64,000 nucleotides of DNA from Epiperipatus broadwayi (taxonomy: Eukaryota > Animalia > Onychophora): contig JAQFVV010000003.1 in assembly GCA_028023455.1 (NCBI GenBank), positions 17,298,001 to 17,362,000 on the forward strand, read 5' to 3'. The notes beneath the pieces were generated by a model that searched no databases, was not told where the DNA came from, and saw only the letters and a list, made by a program, of their open reading frames with translations. Of the stretch, positions 57,351 through 64,000 are shown piece after piece. The stretch's first letter is position 1. Every line of letters starts with the position of its first letter. Both the position numbers and the translations under genes were made by a program.

Positions 57351-57479
57351 ATTTGTTACTTTGTCAATGTGTGTTCATTAATTACTTATATATATTTTTA
57401 AATTAGTTTAACAATTTATTTAGACAAAATATCTGAAACAATTTTATAGGTGTTGTGAGTGGAATGTTGAAGGTTGTAT

Positions 57480-58900
57480 ATCAATTGATTATGCTATGTG
57501 ATGCATTGTGACTTTCCTTATTTGGAGTCAGGAATCTCTCAGCCACTATGTCCAGAGATATATGTTAACCATTTTGCCTTCCCTTTCCAATTCCTGGCTT
57601 AAGTTTTCCCCATATTCTTCTCTATCTTGCTCCATCTCATTTCCACAACATAATCTTTGTCAACTCCATGGCCTTTATATCTAAATCCCCATTATCCTTT
57701 TCCAAACCCAGCATAAAAATCCAAAATCCACTTTCTGTATTTATTCTTCCACAACTTCATTATTTATACTCTTTCTGCTTGCAGGCATTTACATTGACTT
57801 AACAAATGCCCAATATTTTCTATGGCTTCCTTACATATCTTGCATACTAAATCACCCACATTTATTTATTTATATGTATATTCCCCTGTTGCTAAAGATC
57901 CTGTTCAAGCCTTAAACAGTAAACTACTTTCTTTGCTATTATCATAAATTATCTCACACCCAATATTCTGTTTACTTTTATATATATTTAAACTCTATTT
58001 ACTCTCCAATTATTTGGAAACTCTCTCTTCTGTGCTATCTTATTAAAACATGATAATAGACTTAATTTTGCCCTATGTCCTAAATTTCATTACCAACTCC
58101 ACTGCCCATATCTAAACCTCCTGCCTTTCCACTTTTCAATTTTTTCACTGCCTTATTCAGTTCATTTTCTGTCAACATAATATGTCCATTACTATATGCT
58201 TTTATGTTTATTATCATTCAGCCCACATCTAATATCTTTTCTATATCCATTACATACTTATTTAAGTTTATCTCTAATTCTTCTCAAGAACTACAATATA
58301 TTCCTTCATTATCTAGTAATACTATTTCTCTTTCCCCTACATTCCTTCTTTTAATGTATTTCCGAAATTTTTTACTCCCATCTCTTTCACTTTTATTAAT
58401 ATCTTCCAACAATTTACTATTTAATTTTATTCTCTCTCTATAATTATTTATTTTAGCCAACTTTTTTTTAAAAATACTTTTTCCATTTAACATTAACATC
58501 TTCACTTTCTTTGTTTTTAATAGCATGCTTATATTCTTTGCATGCTTTCCCTCTATCTTTTACACTTTTACTAACTCTCATTTTTTTATTACTTTTATTT
58601 TTCTGAATATTCTCACCTAAAAACCTATTTGCCACTTTTTATGCTTCACCACTCAAGTCCTTATATTCATCCCCAAACAACTCTTCCATGGTTTCTTCAT
58701 CTTTTATTTTATATTCTTCTAACTTATTCTTATCATTCATTCTCCATCCACATTTTCCACTATCCTTTCTACTTTTATTACTATTTTGCATCACATTACT
58801 AACCATTTATATTAAAAATAAATTATGATCATTATTACATATTCTCTCTTCATTATCAAACACTTTAATTTTCCATACTTCATTTTATTCATTCCCTCTT
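57480..58900 (-). mobile_element. Decayed, internally deleted LINE with a C-terminal CCHC finger
   Basis: LKSGKAGGLD...CFNKI...FPNNWRVNRV jumps directly to SSLLFKA*TGSL...CKICKEAIENIGHLLSQCKCLQAER. The RT core is absent. Confidence 0.65.
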
Positions 58901-60710
58901 TCTTTCTCTACTAATACCTAATGTGTTTATAAAATTGGTACCATTACTTTCTATTTCTATCAAACTATAAGCATTAATAAAATAAAAATTCTAAACTGCT
59001 AAATATAATAAATTTATTAAAAACTTTTCAGTAGTTTAACAATTTCATTCCTTACAACTTATAACATTTTTCTTTATAAATGCAAGCAAAGATAAAATGG
59101 TGAATATTTGTTTATTTTATTGTTGCTATGACTGTAGGTTAATAAAATATTCATTAGTGAAATGTAGACATGCATGGCTGCAGAATATTTTAATCATGTG
59201 TACAAACAGTCAATATTATGCATTTTTAGTTGTGGGTTATATATGTATGTATGTGTTTTATCAAAAAAGTTTCATGAGACAACTGTTAGTTTATTTGTGT
59301 GTCCTGTTCATAACCTGGTTCAAATCTGGTTAAATTAAACTTGAATTTTTTAAAAATTTTAATCAAATGAAAAGTTTTTTTTTTTTGTAGGTGGTTCATA
59401 GATATTTAGGCCTATCATACAATTATTTATCAGAAACTGAGTACTAAACTATTGTTATCTGTACAATAGAAAAAGACGAGAAAATCCATGAACTCTTACC
59501 TCTCAAATTTTATCAGGCTATTGTATTGAGTCATTGAATCTTCTTTCCTGATTCTATACTAAGAATATTTATATGTACGATATAATTGATCAGAGAATAA
59601 TTACTAACTCTAATTCTAAATGTTTAATAAAATATTGTTAATAACAACATTATGTGAAAATTTTTAAATATAGAAAGACTTCAAAAACAATCTTAATGAA
59701 TTAATTAGATTAATAATTAAGTTTATTGAACGCTTAGCACTAACTGACAAAGCTATTCAAGACATTTAAATGTCTATTACACATATCAAAATGCTTTTGA
59801 ATTTTAAAATAGCACTAAAATGAATTAAAACAATTCCATATAAATTTCTCAAATGATTATAAATAATATTATTATTTAATAATGAAATTAATACTATTTT
59901 CAATTAATTCTCTTAGCAATAGAATTATTTTAATAAGAACTCAAGTTGATACCTGTCAGTTTGTCAAAATGAATGACAATAATTTATAAAGATGTTAAAC
60001 AAAAGAAATAAAAAATAAAATGTAATTATTTTATTTTCAGACAAAAATATTATTAAATTTTTATAAAATTATATTAAAAGGAATAAATTAATAATTTATT
60101 TGAAAAATGTTTCTTAAGATTTTGGTGAATGTTGAGTCAGTTAAAAGTTGCTTTATATGTATATTTATGTTTAAATGTTCTGCTCAAAGATAGCACTATA
60201 TGTTCTGACAATAATAGTTTATTATGACAAACTAATGATTGACTATTGCAGATATTTTTAATACTCAAACAAAATGAGCTTCCATATAAATCTATGCAAA
60301 GTGTGCAAAATTCCTTTGGTACTCTGACGATTAAAAAATTCATAAATATATACATTATTTTTTTTAAAGAAAATTACATTAGTAATATTCTAAAAAATTA
60401 AAAAGGCATCACTAGCAGTGGTTTTCAGAGATCATAAATTGATAAATATTTTCTCTTTGCCTTTATTTTTTGATTTTGATTTTTACAAATTCTAATATAG
60501 AAGTTTTATTTTTAGCTACCTTCATTTCTATTAGTATATATATATATATATATATAATAACAAGTCAGATGTCACATGACTTATATATAGCTTGCACTTA
60601 CAAATATGTAAAATTAAGAGCGTGCTAATAACTCTAAACAAGCTTTTTTTTTTTTATTTATGATAAATGCTACTACAAGAGAAGGCATTCAAATCATTTT
60701 TATCTTGGAT

Positions 60711-60768
60711 TGTCCCCATCCCCAGACCGGTTTCGACCTATGGGTCTCTTCAGTGAGGAGTTGGGACA
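60711..60768 (-). ncRNA. Type I hammerhead ribozyme, intact (copy 1)
   Basis: The reverse strand reads TGTCCC-AAC-TCCTCA-CTGAAGA-GACC-cata-GGTC-GAAA-CCGGT-C-TGGGGA-T-GGGGACA. All core nucleotides are present, with a 4-bp stem II, palindromic stem III (ACCGGT), GUC triplet and long stem I. Predicted cut is between 60725 and 60724. Confidence 0.92.
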
Positions 60769-61139
60769 TTAGATCTAAAAAACCAACTCAAGCAAAGCAT
60801 TTATCTAAAAGATAATTGTTAGAAGAAGATCTGAAACTTTTAGACATCTACATGTCTTTAAAGTCAGCTCTCCAACTGAAAAAATCATATGGGCCTGAAC
60901 TTAATTCAGATACTCCATATATTAGTAGGCTTAGCTCTTTAATTTAGCTAAAGCCACAACAGCAAAATAATAATAGTAATAATAACAAGTCAGATGTCAC
61001 ATGACTTATATATAGCTTGCACTTACAAATATGTAAAATTAAGAGCGTGCTAATAACTCTAAACAAGCTTTTTTTTTTTTTTTTATTTATGATAAATGCT
61101 ACTACAAGAGAAGGCATTCAAATCATTTTTATCTTGGAT

Positions 61140-61197
61140 TGTCCCCATCCCCAGACCGGTTTCGACCTATGGGTCTCTTCAGTGAGGAGTTGGGACA
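61140..61197 (-). ncRNA. Type I hammerhead ribozyme, intact (copy 2)
   Basis: Identical to copy 1, offset by 429 bp. Confidence 0.92.
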
Positions 61198-61719
61198 TTA
61201 GATCTAAAAAACCAACTCAAGCAAAGCATTTATCTAAAAGATAATTGTTAGAAGAAGATCTGAAACTTTTAGACATCTACATGTCTTTAAAGTCAGCTCT
61301 CTAACTGAAAAAATCATATGGGCCTGAACTTAATTCAGATACTCCATATATTAGTAGGCTTAGCTTTTTAATAATCCAAGATAAAAATGATTTGAATGCC
61401 TTCTCTTGTAGTAGCATTTATCATAAATAAAAAAAAAAAAGCTTGTTTAGAGTTATTAGCATGCTCTTAATTTTATATATATATAAAACTTAAAATATGT
61501 AAAAAAACAAAAACAACTAAAAACATGAGAGCCACAGCTAGTAGTTGTATATGATGCACATAATACAGCCTGCATCAAAACATCTCTGAAAACAAATAAT
61601 CTTTCTGAAATATTATAGGTAAAGCTAACAGTAAAATATATATATATTATAATAGTTGATTAAAAAACCTGATAAAACAATATCAAATTATAATATCTAA
61701 ATCTTTAATCATCTTTTTT

Positions 61720-61828
61720 CTCATATATATATATATATATATAATGTAACACTTTTTTACATAACACCCAATTCTCATATATATATATATATATATAATG
61801 TAACACTTTTTTACATAACACCCAATAA
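61720..61828. repeat. ~53-bp tandem duplication containing (AT)n
   Basis: tctcatatatat...aatgtaacactttttttacataacacccaat occurs twice. Confidence 0.85.
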
Positions 61829-62977
61829 CATAGTGTGTGTGCACAAATATAGAAATAAACACATATAAAAATTTTGTAGATATTTTTCTACATTTTCTGG
61901 AATAAAATAATTCTGGTAAAATATTAAATAATTTTGAATTTAAAATAAAATTTTATTATAAATTAAACAGTTTTAAAAGGTCGAAATAAATATTAATATT
62001 GTATTCTGATTTTGAAATTAAAAACAAGCATGTTAAACTGATAATTGTAAATATTTCTATTATCTATTTTGGAAATCTTTTAATTAATGCTTGTATACAT
62101 TTCTTTATCAATTTTTTTTAAAAAAATATTTTTAGATCTTTGATAAAATTTCAAAATTGATTTGAAAAGATTAAAAAGAAAAAAAATCAGTTTTTAATTA
62201 AAAACAGTTTTAATTAGTGTTTGTGTTACCTTAGCTGACTCTATAAAAAGTTGATAAAAAGATTAGTTTTAGTTTTTTTACTAATATTTTTTTGAGAAGA
62301 GTTAGCTGAGTAGCAGAATTGTTTCCAGAATTATACAGATAACTGCCATGGATCAGAGGTATCTGAAGTCAAGACAGAAGGAGGAATCATCTGTTAGTTC
62401 ACTATGCAGGTGTTTAGATGCACTTAGAAGGTAAACCCACTTCTCTGTCTCTATAGTCCTAAATGTAGATAAGATAGTTTGCTGATCTGAAGTCTATATG
62501 GAACCAAATCAATACCAACATTTACCTAATTATATCTTTCTGGTGATGATAATCCTTGAATGGTCTCCATCAGGAGATATCATCAGTTGATAAAGAATAA
62601 CAAATGAAATTTATATATTTTCAACATTGAATTAATTGTGAAGAATATACATTTTAATAATTTATTTTGATATGTTAAAATATATGACATAAACCCCAAT
62701 GTGCATCTACATTTCTATATGCATAAACATATATGTTAATTATGTGTTATAAAAATTAATGCAATTTATTATATTGATAAATTCAAATATGATAGAGGAA
62801 TTTCATTTATATGTTAAACCAATTGTACTGCACATTGCTGTGCAAATATCAATGCATATCATATAGAACACAAAAATTTAATCATTTTTAAATTTTTATT
62901 AAAGGTCAATTGAAATGTATTCATTGTATATTATAAAATGCACATCTGTGCATATATCTACATATGTGTTGTATTAA

Positions 62978-63753
62978 CCCTTAGTGTGCTCAATTCATTT
63001 AAAAGTGAAGTGGCTTGACATCATACTAAATTGGTCACTTTTCATACTATGATTACGATTTTGCACTTGTTTCAAACATTATAAAAAGTTCTGTAAGATG
63101 CTGCCCTCTCTTAAATTATTTTACAAGTAAAAAAACAATAAATATGACCATATATGTCAAACAAAAGAAAAGCATTGCCTTTTCTTGAATCTTATTGGCT
63201 GTTTAAATTTTGACAACAAAGAAAATGGGTGCCAAAAAGTAAAGAGTTATGATCGGTTTTTGTTTTATTTTGAAAATGATAAACGAATGTTTTAGACCAT
63301 TTTAACCATATTTCTTGACAAATTATAATTTATTTTGATAAAATATGCTAAAAATAAAATTATTTTAGAAAAATATTTAAGATTTTAGTAAAAATATTTA
63401 AGATTTTAGCAAAAAAATATTTACTTTTCCGAAACGTAAAACTGAGAAGAAATCAACTATGTCAGCAACTCTTTTTAATTGGCTACTAACTTTCATTTTT
63501 AAATTTGCTGCTATCAAAAATTTGTATAATAAATAAATAAAAATTTATTTTTTAAAAAACTTTCATTCACTTTGATAATCTGACAAATTATTAATATACT
63601 TTTTACAAATGAAACTAAAGTGAATATAATATTAAAAGATGAATATATTTTGACAATTGCCTTTGTTAATTGACACTTCAGTTTGTGAATTGGCCAATTA
63701 AAAGTTTTGACTTTTACCTCACTCAGCCAATAATATAATTAGAGGTTTAAAGG
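62978..63753 (+). mobile_element. piggyBac-like MITE, copy 3 (full length)
   Basis: TTAA at 62974-62977 and 63754-63757, with short imperfect CCCTT.../...AAAGG termini. Homologous to 21337-22070 and 39690-40133. Confidence 0.75.
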
Positions 63754-64000
63754 TTAATCATGTAAATCACAATGTGATGATTTTTTTAATTTTTTATATT
63801 AAGCAAAATTAGAAAGCTTATATGTGTGTAGCTTTATTGTAGAGACCTTAACTTCACTTTTTTGATATTGTTATTAATAAATATGTATTCAGTTGTTAAA
63901 ATTATTCTAGTGACTTAATTCTAAATTTTTTTTGATCTTATGTATAGCTATCATCTCTTGATCACAGTAGCAGTTATAGAGTTCATGTTCTCTGAGATAG

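Larger units (their letters stand above)
60557..61477 (-). mobile_element. Hammerhead-containing tandem element (retrozyme or PLE pLTR-like) with an inverted tail
   Basis: Two nearly identical ~380-bp units (60557-60936 and about 60982-61365; period 425-429 bp). An inverted copy of the post-ribozyme tail follows at 61372-61477. Confidence 0.85.

Noticed and set aside
62550-62590. CTGATGA plus TCTCC/GGAGA hairpin on the minus strand
   Set aside because: No GAAA box.

Overview
Strongly AT-rich animal genomic DNA. An arthropod host is plausible, inferred from gustatory-receptor-like relics and TCAGT initiator-like motifs, but it is not proven. I found no intact host protein-coding gene, tRNA, rRNA or CRISPR array. 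The window is mostly transposon remnants: a young 5'-truncated RTE-clade LINE, two Penelope-like (PLE) relics, a head-to-tail chain of L1/Tx1-like fragments separated by trinucleotide microsatellites, a Gypsy-like 5' end (LTR, PBS, gag), piggyBac-like TTAA MITEs and several foldback elements. The strongest signal is a pair of sequence-perfect type I hammerhead ribozyme motifs on the minus strand (60711-60768 and 61140-61197) in a ~0.43-kb tandem repeat with an inverted tail, i.e. a retrozyme or pLTR-like element. At least four other small tandem or inverted elements and one PLE carry degenerate hammerhead cores with similar architecture. Several decayed coding-like stretches may be endogenous viral elements, including one resembling a negative-strand RNA virus L gene at about 8.9-10.7 kb. 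All translations and alignments were done by eye and no database search was run.
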